This document shows, in pieces, positions 1-10,500 of a DNA stretch of 40,989 nucleotides. Under the pieces are notes generated by a model. The model ran no database searches. It was given only the letters and a program-made list of their open reading frames with translations, and was not told the origin of the DNA. This DNA comes from a virus (lineage: Duplodnaviria > Caudoviricetes), in IMG/VR virus record IMGVR_UViG_3300042542_000879, positions 1 to 40,989 of that record. One strand, written 5' to 3'. Both the position numbers and the translations under genes were made by a program. How positions within the stretch are numbered: the first letter of the stretch is position 1; each line of letters opens with the position of its first letter.

Positions 1-157
1 CTTTGGTGAAGGTGTAGGTGAATCTGTCAGTGGAGACTTTGGTGAAGGCGTAGGTGAATCTGTTAGCGGAGACTTTGGTGAAGGCGTAGGTGAATCTGTT
101 AGCGGAGACTTTGGTGAAGGCGTAGGTGAATCTGTTAGCGGAGACTTTGGTGAAGGT
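1..157 (+). repeat. 36-bp tandem repeat (about 4.4 copies) encoding DFGEGVGESVSG
   Basis: GACTTTGGTGAAGGCGTAGGTGAATCTGTTAGCGGA occurs at 35-70, 71-106 and 107-142. There is a synonymous variant at 1-34 and a partial copy at 143-157. Confidence 0.97.
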
Positions 158-784
158 GATGGCGGAGGAGGAGATGGTGATGGCGGAGGTGATGGCGGGG
201 GTGATGGCGGAGGTGATGGTGATGGTGACGCGGATACGGACACCGACACGGATGTGGACGATGATGTAGTAGTGAAGCCGCCTTATGTGCCAGTAGGACC
301 AACCACGCCTAATACTAATATCTATCGTTCACAGTACCAAAACTACGCTGATCCATTGACAATGTTCAATGTAAGTAACTACGGTACTGATCCAGCAACC
401 TCTGCCGGATATAACTATGCAACAGGCCGTCAAGGTATGGGCATTGATCAGCTAAACCAAAACCTGCGGGATATGGCTGATAGGCAGATGGCGCAGACTT
501 ACCCTAACGGATTGCCTAGAGGCGCAGATATGAATGCGGTATTGGCAGAAATGCGCAGAGTTGGATTAACTGCCACTGATTTGGAAAACGCCCGCTATGG
601 ACGTACAACCGGATTGAACACGCCGTTTAGCCAGTACAACAAAGTGGCACCAAATGAAAGTATGTTTGGAGGCTTGCTGCCCTCCAACTTTACTACGCCG
701 TTTAGCACGCAAAGTCCTGAAAACAAAGCTAATCGTACATTTGGTGGTGGTATTGCAGAACTAATTAAGAGCTTACCTAAATGA
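2..784 (+). CDS. 5'-truncated low-complexity virion-associated protein; true start lies upstream of the window
   Basis: The frame of the 254..784 ORF is open back to position 2 and reads FGEGVGESVSG(DFGEGVGESVSG)n, then a Gly/Asp-rich linker. It is coupled to the next gene by an ATGA-type overlap. Confidence 0.75.
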   Translation, partial: FGEGVGESVSGDFGEGVGESVSGDFGEGVGESVSGDFGEGVGESVSGDFGEGDGGGGDGDGGGDGGGDGGGDGDGDADTDTDTDVDDDVVVKPPYVPVGPTTPNTNIYRSQYQNYADPLTMFNVSNYGTDPATSAGYNYATGRQGMGIDQLNQNLRDMADRQMAQTYPNGLPRGADMNAVLAEMRRVGLTATDLENARYGRTTGLNTPFSQYNKVAPNESMFGGLLPSNFTTPFSTQSPENKANRTFGGGIAELIKSLPK

Positions 785-1212
785 ACTTAACTATTCGCCA
801 CGTTGATACCAACCATGTCCAGCAGGTCTGGCCTGTGGTGAAGCCTTTTCTTGAAGAGGCTATGGTAAAAGGTGGTGACTTTCCGGATTGGGCAAAAGAC
901 TATACAGTTGACCATATCCAAAGCTTCTTAACTAACGGCGCTTGGCTACTTGTTGTGGCTGTAGATGAGGAGGGTACTGTGCATGGTGCTGCCGCCCTAT
1001 CATTTATAAATTACCCAATACATAGAGTGGCGTTTGTGACGGCAATTGGCGGCAAACTTATTTCAAGCCAAGAGACTTTTGAGCAGTTTAAAGCCTTGTT
1101 AAAAATGCGTGGCGCAACGAAAATACAGGGGTATGGGCGAGATGCAATCGTTCGCCTCTGGAAACGCTATAACTTTGAACCTAGAAATACCCTTGTTGAG
1201 GTACTAATATGA
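781..1212 (+). CDS. GNAT-fold/acetyltransferase-like virion assembly protein (P22 gp14-like position)
   Basis: 143 aa with a beta-strand pattern (WLLVVAVDEEGTVHGAA, RVAFVTAIGG) and KIQGYGR..RLWKRYNF, like GNAT motif B. It lies directly before the ejection proteins. Confidence 0.55.
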   Translation: MNLTIRHVDTNHVQQVWPVVKPFLEEAMVKGGDFPDWAKDYTVDHIQSFLTNGAWLLVVAVDEEGTVHGAAALSFINYPIHRVAFVTAIGGKLISSQETFEQFKALLKMRGATKIQGYGRDAIVRLWKRYNFEPRNTLVEVLI

Positions 1213-2447
1213 GCTATTCACGCCGACAACTTTACGCCATGGGTGAGCCCCTTGGTGATTCCGCTACTCGCAAAGAAGGCGGTCGCATTATTTATGGCGG
1301 CGGCGGTGGTGGCCCAACAACCTCGACAACTAATACATCCAACATTCCTGACTGGCTACGTCCTCAGGTTGAGACTGTTCTTGCTGGTTCTATGGAGGAG
1401 TTGTTTAATACCAAAGCTGCCATAGATCCGGAGACTGGTAAGCCCATGCTTAATGAAGCTGGCCAACCGGTAAAGAATGTTACGGGCGTTAAAACTGATG
1501 CGTTCAAACCGTATAGCACTGATCCAAGAAATTATGTAGCCGGCTTTAGTCCGTTGCAACAACAAGTCCAGTACAACGCTGCCAACTTGCAGATGCCTGG
1601 TCAGTACAATCAAGCTACAGGACTTACTGGTCTTAGTGGTATGGGTGCGCTTGGTACTGCTCAGCAAGCTCAGAATGTGGGCGGCGATTACCTGCGCGCA
1701 ACAAGCAACGTATACAACCCTCAAACTGGTGGATACGATGCAAGCAATTCCGTTGGCTCGTTCATGTCGCCTTACATGCAAAATGTAGTTGATGTTCAGA
1801 ATCAAGCGGCACAACGTCAAGCGGATATTGCTAGAACACAACGTCAGGCGCAAGCAACCAGAGCAGGTGCTTTTGGTGGTAGCCGTCAGGCCATTGAAAA
1901 TGCTGAAGCTAATCGTTCATTGCAATCTATGATGAACAACAATCAGTTGCAAGGACAGCAGGCCGCTTATCAAGGTGCTTTGCAAAATATGCAGTACGGC
2001 GCTGGTTTGGGAATGCAAGGTATTGGTGCAGCGCAGCAAGGTTATGGCATGGCAGGTCAAGCCGGTGCCAGTTTGGCTGGTATTGGTGGTCAGCAGTTGG
2101 CCGCGCAGCAAGGCATCCTTGGATTACAACAGCAAGTCGGTGGCCAGCAACAAGCTCAGGAACAGCAGATTATCAATCAGGCTATCCAGAACTACGCCAA
2201 CCAACAACAAGCTCCTATGCAGGCTTACAACCAGTACAACGCTTTGTTGCGTGGTTACGCCGTACCTGGCATGACAACCACACAGTACCAAGCTGCGCCT
2301 AGTATGACTTCGCAAATTGCAGGTTTGGGTACTGCTGCGGCTGGTGCTTACGGCTTGATGAAGAAAAAGGGTGGAGCCATTAAGGAGCCCAAAGGCCGAG
2401 GGATTGACTCCCTTGGTTTACGCAACGCTTTGAATGCGGGGAAATAA
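1209..2447 (+). CDS. DNA ejection/pilot (internal virion) protein
   Basis: G/Q/A-rich, with an N-terminal YGGGGGG, AGAFGGSR and a C-terminal IAGLGTAAAGAYG. This pattern is typical of podovirus ejection proteins, and synteny agrees. Confidence 0.7.
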   Translation: MSYSRRQLYAMGEPLGDSATRKEGGRIIYGGGGGGPTTSTTNTSNIPDWLRPQVETVLAGSMEELFNTKAAIDPETGKPMLNEAGQPVKNVTGVKTDAFKPYSTDPRNYVAGFSPLQQQVQYNAANLQMPGQYNQATGLTGLSGMGALGTAQQAQNVGGDYLRATSNVYNPQTGGYDASNSVGSFMSPYMQNVVDVQNQAAQRQADIARTQRQAQATRAGAFGGSRQAIENAEANRSLQSMMNNNQLQGQQAAYQGALQNMQYGAGLGMQGIGAAQQGYGMAGQAGASLAGIGGQQLAAQQGILGLQQQVGGQQQAQEQQIINQAIQNYANQQQAPMQAYNQYNALLRGYAVPGMTTTQYQAAPSMTSQIAGLGTAAAGAYGLMKKKGGAIKEPKGRGIDSLGLRNALNAGK

Positions 2448-4510
2448 TGTACAACGGCATCGCTCAAAATATCATTAATGATCCCGGTAGCTATTCTATC
2501 GAGATGCTAACTAAGGGCGTGGAGAACGGCACTGTTCCCGCCTACATCGGCATTCCACTGATCGAGCAAAAGACTCAAGAGTTGAATAAGAGCAAAGCCT
2601 TGATGGGCGGCATGGAACAGGGTCAGCCGCCAATTGCTCAGGAAGTTTTGGATAAGGCTCAGATGGCCACTGGCTTGGACGAACTTTCTAGTGGTCTGCC
2701 CGCTGAAGGCTTTGCACCTGGGGGCATTGTTGCTTTTGCCGATGGCGGTGAAGCCGAAGAAGATGAGTTTGACATGGGTAAAGATGAGCGGCAACTGTTT
2801 GATATGTTGCGCCGCCGTCTTGCTTCTAACAATGAATATGAAGAGATGGCCGGTCTTGGTGCTTTGCCAGTTGGCATTTCTAAAGCAGTAGAAACTAAGC
2901 GTGAAGTTTCTTCTAAGGTCGGCAACCAACCTAAGCAGACCAAGAGTGAAGGCATTACCCAGCTTACCAAAGAGGGTACTCCACATGGTGATCTGATTAA
3001 CAAGATCATGATGAAGGAGAGTGGCGGTCGCCGTTTTGACAAGAATGGCAATCTTTTAGAAGGCCCGCAGACCAAGTATGGGACTGCCAAGGGTGAGATG
3101 CAGGTTCTGGATTCTACTGCCCGTGATCCTGGTTATGGCATTCGTCCTGCTCGTCCAAATGACCCTGATGACCTAGCCCGTGTGGGTCGTGAGTACTTTG
3201 GAAAGATGTTGGATAAGTACCGTGATCCTAAGTTGGCGGCTATTGCTTACAACTGGGGTCCTGGCAATACAGACAAATGGCTAATGGCTGGAGCTGATCC
3301 GGCTAAGTTGCCACGTGAGACGCAAAAGTATTCTGCTGACATGGCTGGTGGTGGCCCCGTTCACTTCCAAAGCGGCGGCATTTCTGACATCTTCAATATG
3401 TCCAAAGAAGAGGTTGCCGACTTTATGCGCCGCAAGTTGCGTATGGAGCAGGCGCGCGATGCGTTCTCCAAGGTGCCAGTTGCGGCTCCTGCGGCGGCGG
3501 CTGAAGCGGTTAAGCCATTATCTTTCATGGAATATCTGAAGCAAGGTGCAAGCAAGATACGTCCAGGCATTGGTGGTATGGGTGTTGGTCTGCCTGCCTT
3601 ATTACGCTCTGGTGATCTGAATGAGGGCGAAGATGCTGAGTTGGAGCGCCGCCGTAAGATGCCTATGACGCTTGGCACCGGCCCTGCTCCTGCGGCAAAC
3701 AAACCTGCTTCTGCGGCAAACAAACCTGCTCCTGCCGCCATGTCTCCGGCTGATGTTCAGCAAGAGATCCAGCGCCTGAAGAATCGCCCTCCTATGGAGA
3801 TGCCTGCTGATGAAGTTCCAGAACAGGTTGCTGCCGCACCTGAAGCGCCTGCAACCGTTGATCCGATGGGCAACTATCTTGGTGAGTATGCTGCGTACCT
3901 TAAGGATCAAAAAGAAGCGATAGCTAAAGACAAGGAGCAGAATAAATATCTGGCTCTCTTGCAGGCTGGTCTTGGCATCATGGGCGGTACGTCGCCGTAT
4001 GCCGGTGCAAACATTGGCCAAGGTGCGGGCCAAGGTGTGGCCGCTTATTTGGCTGGACAGAAGCAGTCATCTGCCGATACTCGTGCACTCCAGCAAGGTA
4101 TGTTAGGGCTTACTCGTGCGGAACTTTACGACAAGATGCATGCAGCAGATCTTGCGCAGAAGAAAGAGTCAAAGGCTGAGTCACTCAAAGTTAGCTCTGC
4201 CCGCCAACAAGCATCTGAGTTTGAAGGGCTGAATAAGCAACTCACAGCAATTGAAGCGCAAATTGGTAGATCTGTTGATGCGGGTGGTAAGTTGGCCGCA
4301 CTTAGCGCATTGCAAATGAAGCCAGATGAAATAGCCGCTGAACGTCAACGAATAATTAATGAAATATTAGCGGGAGATTCACCGGCAGCTCGTCGCTATA
4401 GAGCAATTACTAAATCAATTAATAAGAAGCTTGGCGTTGATTTTGAGGAGCCAAGTAGTGGCGCAAGTGGCGTTTTGACTTATGATCGTAATACGAAAAC
4501 GCTGCGTTAA
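2447..4510 (+). CDS. Internal virion protein with soluble lytic transglycosylase (SLT) domain
   Basis: SLT motifs at about 2990-3335: IMMKESGG (catalytic Glu), AKGEMQVLDSTA, AAIAYNWGPGN and LPRETQKY. Confidence 0.85.
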   Translation: MYNGIAQNIINDPGSYSIEMLTKGVENGTVPAYIGIPLIEQKTQELNKSKALMGGMEQGQPPIAQEVLDKAQMATGLDELSSGLPAEGFAPGGIVAFADGGEAEEDEFDMGKDERQLFDMLRRRLASNNEYEEMAGLGALPVGISKAVETKREVSSKVGNQPKQTKSEGITQLTKEGTPHGDLINKIMMKESGGRRFDKNGNLLEGPQTKYGTAKGEMQVLDSTARDPGYGIRPARPNDPDDLARVGREYFGKMLDKYRDPKLAAIAYNWGPGNTDKWLMAGADPAKLPRETQKYSADMAGGGPVHFQSGGISDIFNMSKEEVADFMRRKLRMEQARDAFSKVPVAAPAAAAEAVKPLSFMEYLKQGASKIRPGIGGMGVGLPALLRSGDLNEGEDAELERRRKMPMTLGTGPAPAANKPASAANKPAPAAMSPADVQQEIQRLKNRPPMEMPADEVPEQVAAAPEAPATVDPMGNYLGEYAAYLKDQKEAIAKDKEQNKYLALLQAGLGIMGGTSPYAGANIGQGAGQGVAAYLAGQKQSSADTRALQQGMLGLTRAELYDKMHAADLAQKKESKAESLKVSSARQQASEFEGLNKQLTAIEAQIGRSVDAGGKLAALSALQMKPDEIAAERQRIINEILAGDSPAARRYRAITKSINKKLGVDFEEPSSGASGVLTYDRNTKTLR
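3683..3736 (+). repeat. 21-bp tandem repeat encoding PAPAANK/PASAANK linker
   Basis: CCTGCT(C/T)CTGCGGCAAACAAA twice plus a partial copy. Confidence 0.85.
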
Positions 4511-4518
4511 GGATTGCC

Positions 4519-7500
4519 ATGCCTATTGTCAATGTGCCGGGTGTTGGTCAGGTTAGATTTCCTGACGATATGTCCCAAGAGGACATCATCAATGCAATTG
4601 AAAACGATATTCTTAAGAAGCCAGAGCCAGGTTTTATAGATCGTTCTAAGCAGGCTTTTAAGACTGGTTTGGAGCAGATTCCTGAAAGCTTGGCTGGTAT
4701 TGAGCTGGGTGGCAGAGCCGCCCTAGGTCAGAAGGAAGAGGCAAGCCGTCAGGCCGCAGCCATCCGTGCGCAAGAGCAACAGCAAAAGCCTATTACTCCC
4801 ATTACCTACGAAGAGCTAGAGAAGACTTACGGCAAAGACGGGGCCATTGAAGTCCTAAAGAAACTGCCGGCTTATATCTCTGAGCAGATCTTGCAGAGTG
4901 CGCCTAGCATGGCCGTGCCGTTGGCTGCCGCTGCCGCTGTAACGCCATTCACTACGCCACTTGGTGGTTTGCTTGCCGGTATTGGTACATACGGCACCCA
5001 ACAATTTGGCCAGTTCATGCGCCGTCAAGCCCAAGAAGGAGCAACTGGTGAGACGTTAGCACCAGGAAAAGCGGCGGCTGTTGCTGCGGCTACGGCTCCT
5101 ATTGGCTTCTTTGCTGACAAGTTCTTAATTGGACTGGGCAAGTTTCCACCTAAGATTCTTGGCAGTGAGGCGTTGGCTGAGTTGGCTAAGCGTACCGGTC
5201 AATCATTGCCAGGTCGCATTACCACTGGTGCTACCTTAGGTGTTATTGCTGAGGCTCCTACCGAGGTCTTGGAGCAGATGGCTGAGCGCTATCAGGCCGG
5301 TCTTCCACTAGATACAGAAGACGCCTACAGAGAATACAAAGAAGCATTTGCTGGTGCTGCCGCTGTCGGCGGTGTCGGTGGTGCTACGGCTAGGGCGCTG
5401 GGTGGCCAACCTGCTTTGCCTAAACCCGAAGAGGAATCTAAGGGTTTACCCACCCCAATGGAAACATTACCATTGCCTATTTTTTCAGCACCTCCGCAAG
5501 GAATGGATGCTAATCGTGCTTTGGCGATGAGAGAAGAAGCTATCCAAGCTGACGAACAAAGACGCTTGGCACAGCAGATGGCAGAAGAACAACGCATGGC
5601 TGATTCTCAAGAGCGTGCTCGCTCTATGCAGGGATTTGCTACGCCTGCTGGTGGTAACTTGCAGATGATGGGTCAGGTTCGTGCTGATCAACAAGCCGCC
5701 GTTAAACAGCAACAACGTGAACAGGTTGCGGCTGAGAAGGCTCGCCAGAAACAGATTCAAGATCAGATTAAAGAGATTGAGAATACTACGTACAGCAATG
5801 ATCCTGTTGCAAACCAGATCATGAAGCAACGTATGCTGGATCAGTTTGCCGAGCAGCAACCACAAGGTCAGGTTATTGAAGAAACGCCTGCTGAGGTCAC
5901 GCCTGCTAAGTCTACTGCTATGAGTCAGATGGCTGGCTTTGCAAGTCCCGCCACAACTAATCAGGAAATGCTTGGTGCCACTCGTAAGCGTCAGGCTGAT
6001 GAGATTAAGGCGACAGAGACAGCTAAGAAGAAGCGTATCAAAGAGATTCAGAATACTGTCTATAGTCCCGACCCTTTAGCCAATGAGCTTGCCAAGCGTA
6101 AGATTTTGGAGCAAGAAGGATTGGTTGAGGTTGGTAAGCAAGAAGCTCAAACTGAAGAAGAGGCGCCTCCGGTTGAGGAGAATTTAGAACCGCCATCAGG
6201 CCCAGTGGCTTATGAGAACATCCCAGGTCAGAAGGCTAAAGCTCCAATAGACCAAGAGACTAAAGAAGAAGACCGCTTAAATATCAAAGCTCTTAAAGAA
6301 CAAGAGAAAGAGATCCGCAGTCAGATCTTTCAAGCCAAGCGTAGTGGTACGAACCTGCGTAGGATCTTGGCTGGCCGTCTTGATCAGGCTGAGTTATCTG
6401 AGTTTGGCGACAAGAACAGTGATGCAGACAAGAAGCTGATCAGCAATACTGGCGGCGCCAGTTTAGATGACATTGTTTCCGATGGCTTGCTCAATGAGTT
6501 TTTGCCAATCGAGTTACATCGTGGCACAGATATTGAAATGAATGAAGTGGCGGAAGAGACTGCCGATAAATCATTCCGTGCGACCGAGTACATCCGTGAT
6601 CTGTTGCGCACAAACCAGAACATGCCGTACCAAAGTCAGCAGATCATTCGTGAAGCTAACTTGCGACATGATGAGGTGCTGAGACTTATTGATAGATATT
6701 TATCTACAGAAGAAATTAATATTCTTATACAGGAGGCTATAGATGAGCAAGCAAGAATTGATCAGGCTGCTGGAGAAGCTGCCACCGAAGGAGAGACTGG
6801 AACTGCTGGAAGAGGTGAAGAGACAGCGGGAACAGAAGAAATAAAAGAAGAGAAGCCTAAGCCTAAAAAGCAGGCACCTGCCGAAACGCCTGCCGGACAA
6901 CCCCCCATCTTAAAAGCTCCTCCTGATCTTAAGTTAAAAAAAGGTCGCAACGAACAGGTTGTCTTGGCTGCTAGGGAACTAGCCGCCAAAAAAATTACAA
7001 GAGAAGAGTTCGACAGGTACGTTGATTACTACACGCCCATTGCACCTGTGCTAGGAAGCAACCTTGAGGCACCAATTGACAATGCTTTGATGGCTGACAT
7101 CTTGCTTACCAAGATTAAGCAAAAGAAAAAGCCTGAATTAATTGATGCTCCTATTGCAAACGGTACTCGCGTTGGCTTGCGCATGGACATTCCTGCGCTT
7201 GATTGGGGTCGGGCAAATGGCGTGAACGGCAGTGTTGTGTCTGTGCATGAAGGTACTAACCCCAACAACAAAAATACGGGCGATAATATTTCATATCGTA
7301 GTACCGGTCACATTAAGAATGTAGTCTTTGCTCCACGGGATCAAGAGCGTTCGTTTAGTGTTGCACAGAACATACCGGGAAGAAAAAGTGAGAAGACGCC
7401 CCAGCAAACCATTGAAGGCAACTGGATTAATACACCACCCAACGTATTGTTTAAGCGCGTCAAGAATTTGCTAAATGATCCAGAGTGGAGCCAAGTTAGC

Positions 7501-10500
7501 CTTGACCCTTTGCGCCACGCCTACTTCTATGACCGCGCAAGCAAAAGGCCGGTCGAGTCTGCCGATGAAGTCTTGCAGGTTGGCCGCTTTGTATTGGCCA
7601 AGAATGTTAAGTTTGGTGAGATGGCAGACTATCTTTACTCTGCCAATAAGGGCCCATCAAATATTGCCGTAAGCCCTGAAGCGAAGCGCATTCAAGATGA
7701 GCTTACTGGTAAGTCATTTATAGAGATGGGTCAGTGGACTGTCAGAAACGCTCGCAATGATGCGGAGAAATACTTTGCTCAGAAGGCTTTGAATGTTGTT
7801 CGGGCTCTAGAAAAGCAAGGCGTTGAATTTACATTTGAAGTTCAAGGCGGCGATAGTCGTAATAGCCGACTGTATAGAGCTCAAGGCGTTGCTTCATTCT
7901 TAGCGGGTAAAGATGCCAAGGGTACGCAAGTCAGGATTGATTTGAATGGTGTGCCTGTTTTAGAAAATCAGCTAGGCTATCCATCGGGTATGAATTATGA
8001 GACTGTACTGCATGAGTTCATGCATACGGCAACACGCTTGCAGAACCGTTTCCTGCCAGCTACACATCCTGCGGTCAAAGAACTTAACAGTCTTTTTAGA
8101 ACTGTTGTTGCTGAATTCAATAAACAGGTCAGAAACAAGACTTTGCCCGAGTCCATGATGAAGGTCTACAAGGATCAAACAAACAACCTTGAGAGCCCAG
8201 ATGAGTTATTGGCTTGGGGCTTAGAAGATAGAGACTTCCAAAAGTGGTTGTCTACGATTAAGGTTGGCGATAAGACTGCATTCGACAAGATTGTAGAAGT
8301 TGTTCGCAGAATGCTTGGTATCAGTCCAGAGTTTGAGTCTGCGCTTGATCGTCTAATAAAGACTACCAATGAAATTCTTGACATTGATGTTCAAGATATT
8401 GACACGACCATGCGGGCACAAGGTCTTCAGTTGGGAGCGCCTAAACCTAAAGCTCCAGCTAAACCACCCAAGCCCAGGGTGCCGTTTCAAGAGTCTTTGT
8501 TCAAACAAGAGGCTAACACCCCTGCATTTAAGCGTTGGTTTGGTGATAGCAAAGTAGTGGATGCTAGCGGCAACCCGCTGGTTGTGTACCACGGCACACT
8601 TAAAAACTTTGAAAAATTTAATACTGATGCAAAAAACCAATTAGGCGCACATTTTGCGGCAGCTCCAGAAATAGCCAATCAATTTGCAAACAAAGAAGAG
8701 GGTGCTGTTGTATACCCTGCGTATTTATCATTGCAAAACCCCTATGACATAGGGAATGATTTGGGAGACTGGTCAGACGTTGAAGCATTGAAAGAGTATC
8801 TAGGCCCAGCAGGCGAAGGGCCATTTAGTCAAAAGCAAGTTAGTGCCTGGAATACCCCATCTGATGTCGTTAATGCATTAAAGAATGCAGGGTATGACGG
8901 CGTTGTGTATGACAATTTATTTGAAGGCGAGAACAAGGGTATCAGCGATAGCCGGTCATTTATTGCGTTCAGCCCAGAGCAGATCAAATCAGCTACAGGT
9001 AACCGTGGCACGTTTAATCCCAATAATCCCGACATTCTTTCCAAGCAAGGTGCTGGTACTCCAAATTCTGTCGGTCAGCAGGCCATGGAGATCCTCTCCG
9101 GCATGGGTCGAGATGTGAAGCCACCAGAGCCAGGCTACAAAGAGAAGATTAGGCAGTCATGGGATAACGCCAAGGACAATCCTAAGGCTACGGCTACAGC
9201 TGCCCGTGATGGATTCCGCCGCTTCTCTGATCAGATTCAGACATGGGCTTTCTCTAGCGATGCCGCGCTGAACAATCAGATCCGCCGTGAGGTCATGGAT
9301 AGTATGCTGGGTCAAGAGGAAAAGATTGGTCTATTGTTAAACACAAGTTTGAGCCAGACATTCCACTCTGATGCTATTGCCAATCTCTTCTTGCGGATGG
9401 GCAACATCAAGTACAACAAAGAGTTGCACAAGTGGGAAGGTATTGAGGACAAGAATAACTTCATCACCTTATCGCAGAAGTTGGATGAGATCGGTGCCAA
9501 GTATGGACTGGAAAAACCTCAGATTGAGCTTGCTGCCCATACTGCATTTGAGGCTAAGCGCACCAAGTCTTTGGTTGAGTTTAATAAAAACTTGGATGCT
9601 CAGGTTCAAGAGCTTCGTGACGCCGCCGCTGAGGAGCGTGCTAAGGGTAATGCTGTTAAGGCCAGTGCTCTTAGCGAGAAGGCTTCTAGCATGCGGCAAA
9701 AGGAAAAGTTCATCCACATGGATGAGTCTCAGATCCGCGGTGGCATGACTCAGTTTGAGTTGATGCCCGAGCTCAATCAGGCTGTGGAGATCTGGAACGG
9801 CATCCGTGGCAACGCTGTTGATAAGTTGGTTGAGTCTGGATTGTGGACGCCCGATGAGGCTGAGTTCCTTTTAAGCAATGCAGACTATGTGCCGTTCTTC
9901 CGTGAGGATCAGCTTGAAAATGGTAAGGGTCCAAAAGAGTTTATGCGTAGCTTGCAGGTGCAAGCCAAAGAGCGCCGCCTAAAAGGATCCGATAAGCCTG
10001 TCAATGATATCTTTGACAACATGATTCGCTGGACACAATACGCTGTCAATCGTTCTGTGCGTAATCGTTCTGCTTTGTCCCTTGCTACGACGGCTGAGTC
10101 TGTTGGGCTGGCTAGAAAAATCAAAGATGTAGAGAGCAAAGAAAACTTAGGAGTTGTTGGAGTAGATGAAGACAACAAACCAATCATTGGTAAAGTTTCC
10201 GGTGGTGCAAAAGCATTTAACTCACTGAAGCAAGCTGCCGCCGCAAACAAAGATGTTGATGGCTATGAAGTTGTCGAGTTTAAAGATGAAGAAGGCAAAA
10301 CAAAGTACTTCTTAACTCCTGATGTTAGTAGAGAAAACGTTGTTAAGGTTTGGGACGGCGGTAAGCAAATTGAATATAGCATGGAAGATCCCATGTTCAT
10401 GGAGGCTTTCCAAGGTCTAGAGTCCGTCTCTATTCCAACGATTCGCTGGATGGCTAAGATGGCCGATGTCTTGCGTAGCTCTGTGGTTTTAAATCCTTTG

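Noticed and set aside
1-157. 36-bp repeats as a CRISPR array
   Set aside because: The units are directly adjacent with no spacers, are in frame, and vary only at synonymous positions, so this is a coding repeat.
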